Program-made: the position numbers and the translations under genes
Shown: positions 34,852 to 46,500 of the stretch, piece by piece
Numbering within the stretch: position 1 is the stretch's first letter
Layout: each line of letters begins with the position of its first letter
The notes under the pieces: model-generated
Databases searched by the model: none
What the model was told of the DNA's origin: nothing
Seen by the model: only the letters and a program-made list of their open reading frames with translations
Source: Salinivirgaceae bacterium
GTDB lineage: Bacteria > Bacteroidota > Bacteroidia > Bacteroidales > SZUA-534
Length of the DNA stretch: 64,000 bases
NCBI GenBank assembly: GCA_041664345.1
Contig: JBAYKX010000001.1
Location: 138,628 to 202,627, forward strand
Direction: 5' to 3'

Positions 34852-36273
34852 TTATTGAACCAATGCCTGATAAATCTGATATCGTTTCATAATATCATCT
34901 ACATATTCACACGCATCTTCACCACGGCAAAAGCCATATTTTACCAGCTCATGATTAAAGTAGTGGGGATCCGATTTATTTACAAGGAAAGTATCCACCT
35001 GGCCTTCCCAAATATTTGGGTTTTTTCCGTAAGCCAATGCTAATCGGCGCGCATCCTGAACATGTCCTAATCCAACATTATACGCCGCCAAAACAAACTT
35101 AACCCGTTGCTCAGAATCGGGAATGGAGTCAACCAATTGCTTATCAATCCAATCAATGAATTTAACACCGGCCCGAATGTTCAATTCCGGTGAAGAACCT
35201 TCTGAAGCTCCAAAACGGTTAGCCGTTTGCGGCATTAGTTGCATCAAACCGTAAGCTACAGCCCAGGATTTCATTTTAGGGTTAAACCTCGATTCCTGAT
35301 AAATTACCGAGGCCAGTAAACGCCAGTCCCAACTAATCTGCGCACTGTATTTATGGATATAAGCATCGTATTCCGAAATTTTACCTCCATTTACCGACAA
35401 GTAAGGGCTGAGCGTGCGGCTTCGGGCTTTTATATCCTTATAATATTTGTTATAAATTACGGCATGCAAATCGGAATCTTTCATATCCAAAATCCAGTTA
35501 TTTACTTTATCCAATAGTATGGGAGAGTTCTTATTTACAGCCCAAGCCTGATTCTGAGGAAATGAAATGGCTGTTTTTATATCAATGTTTGGATAATAGG
35601 TTTGGTTCAATAGCGCCACGTTTTCATCGGCAACAGTGTATTCAATCTCACCCTTGGCTACTTTCGAAATTAGCTTTTCCACTTCAAAAACATCGTCTTC
35701 CACAATGTCTATTGTATCACCAATTTCATCCGATAAGTTACTCAACCGTTGCAGAAAAGTCGAGTTTTTCATTACATGAATGGTCTTTCCTGCCAAATCA
35801 AGCTGATTTCGCAACAACAGATTATCAATGGTATAATCAGCCATAACCTGCCAGTTTTCTGGTTTTCTTTGAATCAATACTTGACGGGTTTGCCCAATAG
35901 GTTCTGTAAAAGCAATCTCTTTTTGCCTTTCTTTGGTAACATTCAAATTAATTGCCAATATGTCACATTCATTGTTCTGAAGACGCTCAAATGCACTATT
36001 TAAATCATTTTCGACCACAATTTCCAATTCCAAATTCAAATGACTGGCCAATTGATGAAGCAATTCATATTGATACCCCATGGGGGTTCCTTTATAAATA
36101 AAATAGCTCGATGAATTGTAATCGGTAACGGCAACCAGTTTACCTTTTGCCATTATTTCCGGTAGATCATAGCCTGCCTTGACTTGATTTTGACGGCTCC
36201 TACATGAATTTTGACCTATGAGGATAAGCCCAATGACTAATATATATCGTATCCAAAATATTCTTCTCTTCAT
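34852..36273 (-). CDS. mltF: Membrane-bound lytic murein transglycosylase F-like (SBP_bac_3 plus SLT domains)
   Basis: 473 aa. An N-terminal solute-binding-like domain is followed by the SLT motif ASVIYQESRFNP..SWAVAYGLMQLMPQTA..AYNVGLGHV. Confidence 0.85.
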   Translation of the reverse strand: MKRRIFWIRYILVIGLILIGQNSCRSRQNQVKAGYDLPEIMAKGKLVAVTDYNSSSYFIYKGTPMGYQYELLHQLASHLNLELEIVVENDLNSAFERLQNNECDILAINLNVTKERQKEIAFTEPIGQTRQVLIQRKPENWQVMADYTIDNLLLRNQLDLAGKTIHVMKNSTFLQRLSNLSDEIGDTIDIVEDDVFEVEKLISKVAKGEIEYTVADENVALLNQTYYPNIDIKTAISFPQNQAWAVNKNSPILLDKVNNWILDMKDSDLHAVIYNKYYKDIKARSRTLSPYLSVNGGKISEYDAYIHKYSAQISWDWRLLASVIYQESRFNPKMKSWAVAYGLMQLMPQTANRFGASEGSSPELNIRAGVKFIDWIDKQLVDSIPDSEQRVKFVLAAYNVGLGHVQDARRLALAYGKNPNIWEGQVDTFLVNKSDPHYFNHELVKYGFCRGEDACEYVDDIMKRYQIYQALVQ

Positions 36274-36681
36274 TCAATGGTTTTAACGTAAATACTAAGT
36301 ATTATCCCATTCAAAAATTTTAACTGTCAGATTGATTGTGGGTTAATACAATTCAGGGCGCAAAAGTACAAATAGTTTACCAAAAGCATAATAAAACATG
36401 TTTTGTCGTAAACGTTGTTTTTAACAATTTGTAAAAACCTTTAGTAATTGCTGTTTGATTTTTATTTCCGAAAAATGTTTACATCCACGATATAACTGGA
36501 AGTAGAGAGAAGTAAAACAGTATAAATAAGTGTGTTAATAACTTATGCAAAGGATTGCCTTGTTTTAGTATTTTTTTTTTGAGTGAAAGTGAAATTGCCG
36601 AAATGGCAGGGATTTACTACTATCCTTAACGACCGTTCGATGGATGCAAAGATGCAATAATGGTTTAATATTTTAATGAAA

Positions 36682-36798
36682 AGGTGCAAGGTTGCAGGGT
36701 AACAAGGTAGCAGGGTAGCAAGGTGGGAAAGGTAGCAAGGTAACAGGGTAACAAGGTGAAAAAATGAGAAGATTGGAAGGGTGGGAAAATGGGAAAGA
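36682..36798. repeat. Degenerate ~8-bp tandem array (RCARGGTA)n merging into GGAAR repeats
   Basis: Reads gcaaggtt/gcagggta/acaaggta/gcagggta/gcaaggtg/..gcaaggta/acagggta/acaaggtg, then gagaagattggaagggtgggaaaatgggaaag. It ends at the PEGA gene stop. Confidence 0.8.
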
Positions 36799-38446
36799 TT
36801 AAAATGTATAAGCCAGATTTACTCCATTTGATTTAGAGTTACTGAAAAAACCAACGTTCAGCTTGCTTTTCGGATTCGAAGGGGAATAATATTTTGCAAA
36901 AACAACGGCATCAACAATATTCAATAGATAAACACCAGCGGTCGCAACTGTAAAAATATTTCTTGTTTTTGCTGCATCTTCATATTCGGTATAGGCATCT
37001 ACCATTTGTGCACGGACGGTAGGAATGTTATCAATGGATGTTTCGTTATCATACATTGTTTTTGCTGCTTCGTATTCATTAGCTAATTGGTCGGTTTTTT
37101 GATAAAAATACGTGGCAGTTCCGGCTAATGCTAAAGTAGAAAACATATAAGCCAAACCGACTTTGTTTCGTTGGGTATAAAACTGCCCGCCACCAGGAAA
37201 CAAGGTAGAGAATGTTCCTGCGGCAATTCTATTAAATTTACGTTCAGTAAGTTTTAAATTTAGATTGGTTCGTTGCTCATCCTGGATGATGAATGAGGTA
37301 TCTATTTTAAAATATCCTTTTTGATTTAAATTGAGTAAATAATTGCCTATGGGTAATTTTTGCACCTTATTGCCTACCCAATTAGCCGATTGACCGCGAT
37401 TATTCGAAACCTGAATTGGTATGTTTGTCGGTTCAATAATGAATGAAAGCTCCCCTTCTTGCGGTTGCATTAGTATGCTCTTTTGCAGGGTACTGTTCTT
37501 TTCAATTGAAATTGCTTCGATATAGGGTTTGTAGAACTGAGCCGTTCCGGTAATTTGATGAGCCATTCCAGCATTAAGTTTATGAATTCCTGGCATAACT
37601 TTAACTCCATCAATTGTAAGCAGGGTGTTGGCTGGTGTTACAGTTAAATTTATCCATCCCACATTTTTTACCATTTCCATTTTAAATTCCGCAGATTTTT
37701 CAGGATCAAATAATAGGATTGTATCAATGGGCATATAATCAATCATGGCTAACTGAATTCGATATTCACCCGGATAATAAAATCCGGTAAAAGCAGTCCT
37801 ACCAATTGGTTGCCCATTAATGGTAAGCATGGCATTGGTTGGGTTCGATTCTATTTTTAAAATATGCTGGGTAGCCCGGGTTAAGTTATAAGCAAAAAAA
37901 AGTTTCCCTTTCGATACGGTAATCGTATCAATTACCGGTTTAAAACCAATTTTGCTGATAACAACGGGGTATTCGCCTGCGGGAAGACCAGAAATGGTTG
38001 AATTGGATGAATATTTTTTATGATTAATGCTAACGTCTGCTATCTCGTTTCCGGTGCTAATAATAATTGAAAAGAGCTCATCGGTCGCTAATTCAAAAGA
38101 ATATACCGAGCTTTTCTCCAATTCCTTTTCGAAATAATAGGGGAGCAGCGCAAACCCATCTTTCGATATTTTTAACTGCCTTGTACCTTGAGGAACCCAA
38201 ACCCAAAAAGCTCCATTCTTTTCTTCCACCCTTTCAACCCCTTGGTTTCCATCAACTTTAATGCTCTTTAATCCGGTATAAATTTTTACAATGGCACAGG
38301 GATCGTCGTTTACATCCAATACCTCAAATTCACGCCGATATATCGGTTGGTAATTCAACAAAATTAGATACAATCAGTTTTTGGGCAGAACCTTGGTAGC
38401 TAAAGCACAATAAAAGCAAGATCACGATGGACAATAATTTTCTCAC
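36799..38446 (-). pseudogene. PEGA-domain repeat protein whose signal peptide is out of frame with the body
   Basis: The body ORF (36799-38373) has repeated P(A/I)GEY/GNY..K.GF modules. A 38-codon ORF from GTG 38446 (VRKLLSIVILLLLCFSYQGSAQKLIVSNFVELPTDISA) ends at TGA 38332-38330. Skipping one base joins it to EFEVLDVNDDPCAIVKIYT. Confidence 0.65.
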
Positions 38447-38654
38447 AATTAAAGGAATGAATTTACATTTTAGTTAATTGTATAAACATATTTCTTATGA
38501 ATATATCTCTTAATTAATATTTCTACGTTTCGGCGCATGTGCCATTTGCTCGCTTATAAATATCCTACTTACACCGATTTCTTTTTGCAATTTTGATTCC
38601 CGGTGCGTTGCACCAGGCTATGTTCTTTTAGCCTGAAAGGCTAAACGACTAAAT

Positions 38655-40520
38655 TTAATTAAAAAATGTTCCCAATCCAATAATGGAACCATCAGGGTTT
38701 TTCTCCGGCTGCCAGCTCCTGACATAAATCTTGGGTTGAATGGTATCGGTTAAATCGACCATTAAAAACAGATACCCCTGATCGGCATAACTGGTCGAAA
38801 AATAGTTTTGAGCTATCTGAATGCCATAAATCTCACTGTTGTTATCCCGTTTACGTACTTCACATTCTTCGAACTGGATGTTTACAAATTCATTGTTTTG
38901 GAAAACATTACCTAACCGTTCCAGAAACTCCTTTTTACTGACTTTAATGTATTGATATTGTTCGTTTTTCATAAGAGCGTACATTTTATCGATGGGTTCT
39001 CCCTTCTCCAATTTTTTACCCACAATAATCAAGGCATCGTCGGAAAATATTTTATCGATGTAATCGAGCCGTTCCAAGGCATAAGCGGTTTGATAATTTT
39101 CCAGAAAATCGATAATATGCCACTTGGTGTTTTCCGGCCATTTGGAATGTGCTAAAATCCCCTCCAGCGACAAATTGCTCAACGAAAAAGAGATGTTTTT
39201 AATTAACCCCAACGTATCGAAAGCAAACGAAAGTTTCTCCACAAATTTCCGGTTGTTAGTAGGAAAATTGAATACAAAAGAAACATCGCGAATGATGGCA
39301 TCTTTGCCCATACAGGAAACTTCGAAAACCCGATCGGTTGGAATTAATTTAGCTTGACCATAACGGATTAGCTTTTGATAAACTTCAAATCCATCTTTTG
39401 TAAATAAATACTCCAGCGATTTTTTTTCTTTCCCCTGAATGGCAGTTAAAAGCGAATTCATAGTAGTTAACGCTTTTTCCTTAGAGCCACAAATACAGGC
39501 ATCGGGTACTCCATTGGCCAAATTCTTTTTTGGTTCGGTTGAACCCGGCTGTTTGGTTGCTGGTTTTTCGGCCGATACCGGATTATCATTTATTTTGTTT
39601 TTACGGATGATTTTCTCGGCCTGTTTGTAATAAGGAAGCTGGATAACTTCAATTACATTGGGCAATTCGGGATCCAATTTGCTTTTATTAACATACTCGT
39701 ATTCTACTTTAAGCCGAACCTCCTGCATTGATTTTTCAGCCTCTCCAAACAATTCAACAATGCCTTCTCCGTTAGTTGCTCCCACAAGGGTTGACCAATC
39801 ACTGCCGTTCCAATAGGAATAATCCATGTTATATGCCTTTTTGTCCTGGTACTTGATTTCAAAAACTACTTCCTGCTGCATACCTTCGGTTTCAATTTTG
39901 GTTGGCATAACCATAAGCATTGAGAATATCCGGTTTATCCGGTCGGGCAACCAAGTAAAAAGCTGATAATACATACCATCATAAGAATAAGTCATTTCCT
40001 GATTATCGGGATGGCTGTAAAGCAGTACCTGAGCCCAATAAAAATAACGGAGGGCATCGCCAATCCTACCCTCTTTTTCGGCGTTCAATGCATTGGTCAC
40101 ATATCCTTTCAATCGGTTTTCGCGCTTTTTAAAAATCGCCCCCATTTCATCTTTTTTAATGTAGCGAAACACCACAACTCCCGAATCACTCTCATTTACC
40201 AAGCGTTGTGCATTGACTAACGTAGTGGATGAATAGGTTTTAATAATCCCTTCGAGGGTTTCTTTAAAATTGCCCTCTTTTTCAGAAATAACATATTCAT
40301 ACTTGCTTTCAACGGAAGTGCAAATTTGACTGGTCAAATCTCGTAATGCCTGTTTATCGGCTTCCGACAGCGTTTTGCCCACTCCAAAACCCCACATATA
40401 GTTAAAACTTGTTTTTATTTCGGCCATGGTTTGCCCATGGATGGTTTGAGAGAAAAATAGTGCAAGAAAAAGCAGTTTAAAAATCTTTGGAAACGGAACT
40501 GAAAAAAAGGTGGCTTTCAT
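38655..40520 (-). CDS. Hypothetical secreted protein (621 aa)
   Basis: Signal peptide MKATFFSVPFPKIFKLLFLALFFSQTIHGQ. I can name no diagnostic motif. It lies 37 nt downstream of the giant gene. Confidence 0.6.
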   Translation of the reverse strand: MKATFFSVPFPKIFKLLFLALFFSQTIHGQTMAEIKTSFNYMWGFGVGKTLSEADKQALRDLTSQICTSVESKYEYVISEKEGNFKETLEGIIKTYSSTTLVNAQRLVNESDSGVVVFRYIKKDEMGAIFKKRENRLKGYVTNALNAEKEGRIGDALRYFYWAQVLLYSHPDNQEMTYSYDGMYYQLFTWLPDRINRIFSMLMVMPTKIETEGMQQEVVFEIKYQDKKAYNMDYSYWNGSDWSTLVGATNGEGIVELFGEAEKSMQEVRLKVEYEYVNKSKLDPELPNVIEVIQLPYYKQAEKIIRKNKINDNPVSAEKPATKQPGSTEPKKNLANGVPDACICGSKEKALTTMNSLLTAIQGKEKKSLEYLFTKDGFEVYQKLIRYGQAKLIPTDRVFEVSCMGKDAIIRDVSFVFNFPTNNRKFVEKLSFAFDTLGLIKNISFSLSNLSLEGILAHSKWPENTKWHIIDFLENYQTAYALERLDYIDKIFSDDALIIVGKKLEKGEPIDKMYALMKNEQYQYIKVSKKEFLERLGNVFQNNEFVNIQFEECEVRKRDNNSEIYGIQIAQNYFSTSYADQGYLFLMVDLTDTIQPKIYVRSWQPEKNPDGSIIGLGTFFN

Positions 40521-40557
40521 ATTCGTTTTGTATTATCAATTTCAAAAAAACTAGACT

Positions 40558-43500
40558 TTACTGTTTAACTATTTTAAAATATTTTGTTTTGCTTCCGGAG
40601 GTTACTTCTATAAACAAGATTCCTTGGGGCAATCCGGAAATATCAATGGTTGTTTGTTGCTCGTTAAAGTGCTCCATTTTAACAATTTTCCCGGTTAAGT
40701 CACGGAGGGAAACCCGAGCTTCCGAATTATCCGAGGGTTTCGAAATGGTAATGAATGTTGTTGTCGGATTTGGGAATATTGAAATACCGCCGGATACTTC
40801 CAGCATTTTGGCAATGCCATACCGGTTGGGTTCATTTTGGATATGTATTTCATAACTAGCCACCGGTACTACAAAATCTTGGCCTATAAGGTCAAATGTG
40901 ACGCTTACCAGTTCAACTTCTTGCTTAATAATAGGTTCATCCAACATTCCGATGCTGATTTCAAAAAATCCCGGTTCGGTATAATCGGTCACTAAACTCA
41001 TAGCCGGGTGCAAAGCATTCAATAAAACGTCCTGTTTTACAAAGCGCAATAATTTACTGTTGTATTGAAGCACTAGTTTGTTACTGAAAAAATTACCATT
41101 TCCTTTCAGTATATATTTGAGGGTAACTGTATTCGTTTTTCGATTCACGGTTGGGATGCATTCCATATACCAATCCTGAAGGGATTCATTATGAGATGCA
41201 ATAAGAGTTGGATTCCCGGACTTATTGGTATTGTAAAAATCCCACAACATCCCAAAGATCATCAAATCTTCGAAATTGAAGGCGTTATCGGGTATAACCG
41301 TGAATTCGGGAGCATTCCCAATCGCTGGACCCATTTCAAGTAATGGGTTTTCAGCTCTCCAATTAATAATCACCGAATCTAAATCGGTGATATCAATTTG
41401 AGTATCGCCGTTATAATCAGCAAGTGTTGGCAATACTACCAATAAGGAAATTAATTTATCGGTTATTTTTAAATTGTTCTTGGAAAAATTAAAATAGCCG
41501 GGTTTATTTAGATTAACTCCATAGGTTCCCGGGGGCAAGCGGAATGGGCCAATAATACCAGAGGTTGGGGTTTTTCCAGTTAAAATTTGGTTGGGGTTTA
41601 TAATGTAATTTACATCGGAAATACCCACCTTATTAAAATCGGTAACGGTAATTTGCAAGGCACTGTTGGTTACAACAAACTGCTGTTCTGCAGACCATTC
41701 ACTGCCGAGCCATCCATTATCTATGGCTTGCACACTCCAATAATAGGTTCCCGGTTCCAAATTGTTCAGTAGGAACGAGGTCCCCAGTTGTGCATTTCCC
41801 AACGCCGGTTTGGTTAACTTACCGGTATTCAACGCAGCCGGACTCACTATATCGAAACCATCGGATGTAGAACCTACCTTTATATTATAGGATAAAGAAC
41901 CTGCAACAGTATCAGTGGCTATATTCCATGCTAAAGTTGCTTTATCAAAATCAACGGAATTGGTCATATTGGCCGGAGTGCTGGGTGGAAAATTAAAAAC
42001 CGTGCTGTTGTTGCGATATATTTTTGAAAATGGTTTGACCCCATCTTCACCTGTTATCAGTAGATCGATATCGCCATCATTATCAAAATCGGCAACATCC
42101 ATAGAACCATTTTGAACTCCAACCAATGAAATATCCGACTGTTCGGTAAAGGTGGAATTGCCATTGTTTTTGTAAATTTTGGCTATAATGGAGTTACTAT
42201 CCCATCCCGAGAATAAAATATCTAGAAGTCCATCGTTATTAAAGTCAAGCCAACGAACAGAACCCTCGGCAACCCACGGCAATTCCAAATTACTTGCTTC
42301 TGAGAATAGGTTGTTCCCTTCGTTTTTGAAGATTTTTGTTTTATTGGTTACCCCATCTGTACCAACCAGAATAATATCTAAATCATTATCGTTGTCATAG
42401 TCGCCCCAAGCTAACGAACGTGGATCGATTCCATTAATACTGGAATTTGGATGCAACGTAAAGTCACCAGTTCCATCGTTTAGGTATAAGTTGGTTTTAT
42501 AACCTGATTCATAATGGCCAATCAAGAACACATCCAAATCGTTGTCGTTATCAAAGTCAATCCAGGTTGCCTGACCAGAATGCATCCCTTCGAACACAAA
42601 ATCGGTTTTCTCTGAAAAGGTATTATTGCCGTTGTTTTTATATATTTTTGAAATCTGACCCGAACTCATAAATCCCGAAAGTAAAATATCCAAATCACCG
42701 TCGTTATCATAGTCCCCCCATTGGGTAGAGCCTCCGGATACTTCAGTTAAGAGTATCTGGTTTTGTATGCTAAACGTGTTATTCCCATTGTTTTTATAAA
42801 TGGCAGCCAAGTCGGAAGTTCCATTATTTCCCGTTATAAGGATATCTAAATAGCTGTCGTTGTTGTAATCGCCCCATGATGCGTTACTGGATTGAATACC
42901 CGGTAGCGAAATAGCGGTTGGTTCAAAAATCATCTCCCCCTTGTTTTGATATATTTTTGCGATGCTGGAAGTTCCGTCGAATCCGGTAATTGCAAAATCC
43001 ATATTGCCATCGTTGTCGTAATCGGCTGCTGCAATGGCCCCATTTTTAACTCCTGTTACATCGGCATTCATATCGGTAAAATAGCTTGAAATAGTGCCTT
43101 CAACTGTGTTCGATGGTTCACTTTCCAAACGAAGGGTATCCATAGCTGTAACCCTAAAGTAATATAATGAATTGCTATTTAATCCAGTTACAATTTTCAT
43201 CGTATCAGTGATGGAAGTTTTCGAAGAATCAATCAATTCAAGAACGGTAGCTTCGGTACCCATATAAATGAGGTATTTAAGGAAGTCAGATTCAGTATTC
43301 TGCTGCCATTTTAAGGATACCCCGCAAAGGCTAACTGAAGCGGTTAGATTTATGGGAGCTGCCGGAGCTGCGTTTGGAATCGCTTTAGCGGTATTACTTG
43401 TGCCACTTTCTAAATTTAAGGTGTCAATGGCCGAAACCCTGAAATAGTAAACCGCATTGTTGGTTAGTCCGGTGATTGTTTTAGTAACATCGGTATTAGA

Positions 43501-46500
43501 AGCTGAGGTTGAATCATTTAAAATCATGGTTACCGAATCGGAACCCATATAAATCATGTACTTTAAGAAATCAGATTCCGAATTCTGACTCCAAGTTAGC
43601 GTGATTTGATGGTTGCCTGAAACGGCCAAAAGATTTGCCGGGGCTTCTGGTGCTGCATTGGGTATAGCTTCCACGGCATTACTGGGTTCACTTTCCGAAC
43701 GCAGGTTATCCATGGAGGTAATCCTAAAATAGTAACGGAGGTTGTTGGTTAATCCACTTATTACGATGCTGGTATCGGCTAATGAAACTGAGGTTGAATC
43801 CTTTAATTCCATGGTTACCGAATCGGAACCCACGTAAATCCGGTATTTCAGAAAATCGGGTTCCGTGTTTTGATTCCATTTCAAGGTAACCTGACCATTG
43901 CCCGATTGGGCGGTTAGATTTTTAGGGGCAGCCGGAAATTCATTGGGTATTACTTTTACCGCATAACTTTTTACGCTCTCTAACCGATTTGTATCCATTG
44001 CCGTAACTCTAAAATAATAAGGAATATTATTGGTTAATCCTTGCATCAATTTAGAAGTATCGGCTATTGAAACCGAAGATGAATCCTTTAATATCATGGT
44101 TACCGAATCGGTGCCCATATAAATGCGGTATTTCAAAAAATCGGGTTCCTGGTTCTGATTCCAAAGCAACAGAGCCTGACCGTTACCTGCTTTTGTTGTA
44201 AGTCCTGATGGTGTGTTGGGCGCAGGCCATCCTCCAACACAATACTGTGCCAGCATTTCGGATTCCGAAAGAGCACAGGAATATATCCGAATATCGTCAA
44301 TTATACCATTCCAAAAATATCCCCCTGAATTCACGCCATCGTTGGAATTGCAACCAATATATAATTTGCCCTGATCTAAAATTTCATCGGTATATGAATG
44401 AGTGTCTATTAAGGCGCCATTGATGTAACATCTCAAATTGGTGCCATCGAAGGTCACTCCCACATGCATCCATGTATCATAAGGAAAATCAAAGGAAACA
44501 TCCCGAATAGCGCCTTGATTGTAAATTCGGATTAGTTTATTGGTAACACTGTACATCATTCCGTAGCCTGAGGTATTCCCATAATCCAAAAAGAAGGTAT
44601 GCCAATCGGAGGCAGCAGCATTCGCATATAGATTAAACCAACCGCTGAATGTGGCTGTCGTCAGTAAATCATAGTTATGAACATTGTATAAATAATCGTC
44701 GGTACCATTAAACACAAAGGCACTGTTTATTATACCAAACCGATCGGAGGCATGGGAAATAAAATTGCCCGTTGAAGCATGGTTTCCATAACCACTTTCA
44801 TCGTTCAGGCTTACATTATTAAACGGGTAATATGCCAAAAGCGAAGGATCATTCACTACCCTTACGCTTACCTCATTGCTGTAATCGCTTTCAAGCCCAA
44901 CATTATTAACGGCTGTAATGCGGAAATAGTAGGTAACCCCGTTGGTTAATCCGGTGATGGTTTTGGAGGTGTCGGTTGCTCCATTTGTGGTTGAATCCAT
45001 TTTGGATGTGGGATTGGCCGATGTTCCCCCATAAATACGGTAGCGCAAAAAGTTAGATTCTGTATTTTGATTCCATTGCAGTGAGACTTGTTTATCGGCA
45101 GCTGTGGCCTTAAGGTTGGTTGGGGCATCGGGCAATTGCTCATAAGCAAAAGCCCCCATATCGTTGGTGCTGCCATCGGTATCGTTATAAACCGCCGATG
45201 GATCGCCAGCATCAATAGCCGGGGAACCTGGCAGCAATCGGAAATCACGATTGGTTGCATTTTTAAATAGAGGGTTCACTGAAATATCGCCATTTCCCGG
45301 GTTTGTATCAAAACCGGTATAACTGTAGGTATTTCCATAAACACAATTGTAGGAACGTACCGAAGCATCGTAGGAATTGGTGCTAACGCCAAAAGAAGTG
45401 TTACAGAAAATATTGTTTTTAATAACCGGTGTGCCTGTCCCTGAGTTAATGTCGATGGCCACAGAACCTCCGTAAACCGTATTGTTTATTACCTTTGCCC
45501 CTCCATAAAGTTCAATATTGTTTGCCATTGTGGCTGTTAAGTTCTGAAATACATTCCGGGTCAATACTGAACCATTATAAAGTTTTACTACGGCATCGCT
45601 GGTACTGCTTCCCCCATTAAAAACAAATCCATCAATAGAGGAACCTTTGGTATCATTAAGAACTACAGTGCTTACCCCATTTAAGGTGGTTTTATTTTGA
45701 AAAATATTCCGGTTGTTTTCGGTGAAGGTTCCGTCGTAACCTCCTCGCAATATCACATTGGTTAAGGTATTCAGATACTGACTGTACGAACCGGCTGCTA
45801 CTTTGACGGTATCGCCGGAAACGGATTTGTTTAGTGCGGTTTGAATGTATCGTAAAGGAGAATCGGAGGTTCCAGAATTTGCATCGTTTCCGGTAGTTGC
45901 CACATGAATTACTCCAGGGGTTGTAGTAAATGTGTACGATGAGGAGAACAGCCCATCGCCTATCGTGACCGATGCACGTACCCTCCAGTAATACGTTGTG
46001 TTATTCGTTAAATTGGGTATATCGACTAAAGTGTCGGTGAGTGTTGAGTTTTCATGGATCATCGCTGTAGCAAATGTAGGATCGGTACTCAACTGAATAT
46101 GATACGTATTAACTTCGGGCAGCGAATACCATTTGAATGTGATACTCAATGGTTGATGGGTTGCATTGTTTGCCGGAAGTGCCAGCGTTGGTGCATCCGG
46201 TAGAGGTGGTAAATAGGGTGAATGTTTTGTTCCGCCATAAGCACCCATATCAATGCGGGAGGTTTGGTAAGTTTCAGCACCGGGTGAATCGTTAGGATCG
46301 CCTGCATCAACGGAAGGCGAATTTTCAAGAATCCGGAAATCGTAATTGGCAGCATCCCTGAAAAGAGGCTCTAACGAAATATCGCCAGTACCCGGGTTTT
46401 GATCGGTGCTGGAGTAGTCCATTATACTTGCAAATACATTGTTGTAGGTACGAACGGCAGCAGTAAAATAGTACGTGTTCATTCCATAGTTACCCCCTTT

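Noticed and set aside
38330-38335. RF2-style programmed +1 frameshift at the in-frame UGA of the PEGA gene
   Set aside because: The P-site codon GCG cannot re-pair in the +1 frame (CGU) and there is no upstream stimulatory element. An indel is more parsimonious.
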